NCBI GenBank assembly: GCA_013239625.1
Contig: MU053304.1
Location: 2,542,001-2,606,000, forward strand
DNA from: Lama guanicoe
Taxonomy: Eukaryota
Length of the DNA stretch: 64,000 nt
Direction of reading: 5' to 3'
The position numbers were made by a program, and so were the translations under genes. This document shows, piece after piece, positions 63,581 through 64,000 of this stretch (its first letter is position 1; each line of letters opens with the position of its first letter). The notes beneath the pieces were generated by a model, which did not search any database, was not told where the DNA came from, and saw only the letters and a list, made by a program, of their open reading frames with translations.

Positions 63581-64000
63581 AAAATTGTGGCATGTAATGT
63601 ACTGTGCACAATAATTTCTATTGACTGAGGGTTAAAAGACAATTCTGAGCATAGCATTTATTATTCTGGGTTGGGAAAGTTATTAATATATTATCTTAGG
63701 CCTTGGTGTTATTATTGTGATCTTATTTCTGATACTCTCAGACAGAGAGGGATCTAGAACATTCAGTTTGCTCATATGGACATGCTAAGTCATGCTCACC
63801 ACTTCCTTTCATCATCATGATGATCTTTCATTTAAACGTACATTTATATGTTTTCACTGAAACAAATACAAATATTTCAAAGGCAACTTTTTTTAATTTC
63901 ATAAAAATATATAACCTTTTCATGTCTATCTGGTTGGTGAAAACAGAATCCACTTTTTTCTTCTGACATTGTTTGGATTTGAGTTTCTCATCTCACTAAT

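Noticed and set aside
1..64000. CRISPR array, operon or prokaryotic defence system
   Set aside because: The sequence is mammalian and repeat-rich, with no repeat-spacer arrays or dense coding regions.

Overview
This is mammalian genomic DNA, almost certainly from a camelid: there is a Vic-1-type tRNA-derived SINE at 7053-7200 and several cetartiodactyl-type L1 3' ends. I recognise no known host protein-coding gene, rRNA or tRNA. The only ORFs in the track with clear homology are LINE-1 ORF2 remnants (43979-44569 and 60104-60495). The window is AT-rich and dense with transposon fossils: L1, L2, MIR, MaLR/ERVL/ERV1 solo LTRs and hAT MITEs. It has a CpG-rich, promoter-like region at about 20.3-22.3 kb with splice donors pointing in both directions, smaller CpG-rich patches at about 25.2-25.7 kb and 33.8-34.0 kb, and several CTCF-like motifs. 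The most notable items are (i) an apparent retrocopy that kept a canonical intron (60.9-61.6 kb), (ii) a young L1 with a 33-bp fold-back inverted duplication at its 5' junction, (iii) a candidate bidirectional promoter and (iv) a speculative spliced 65-aa microprotein. Repeat family names come from my recollection of consensus sequences, not from a database search. I see no convincing new multi-gene system.
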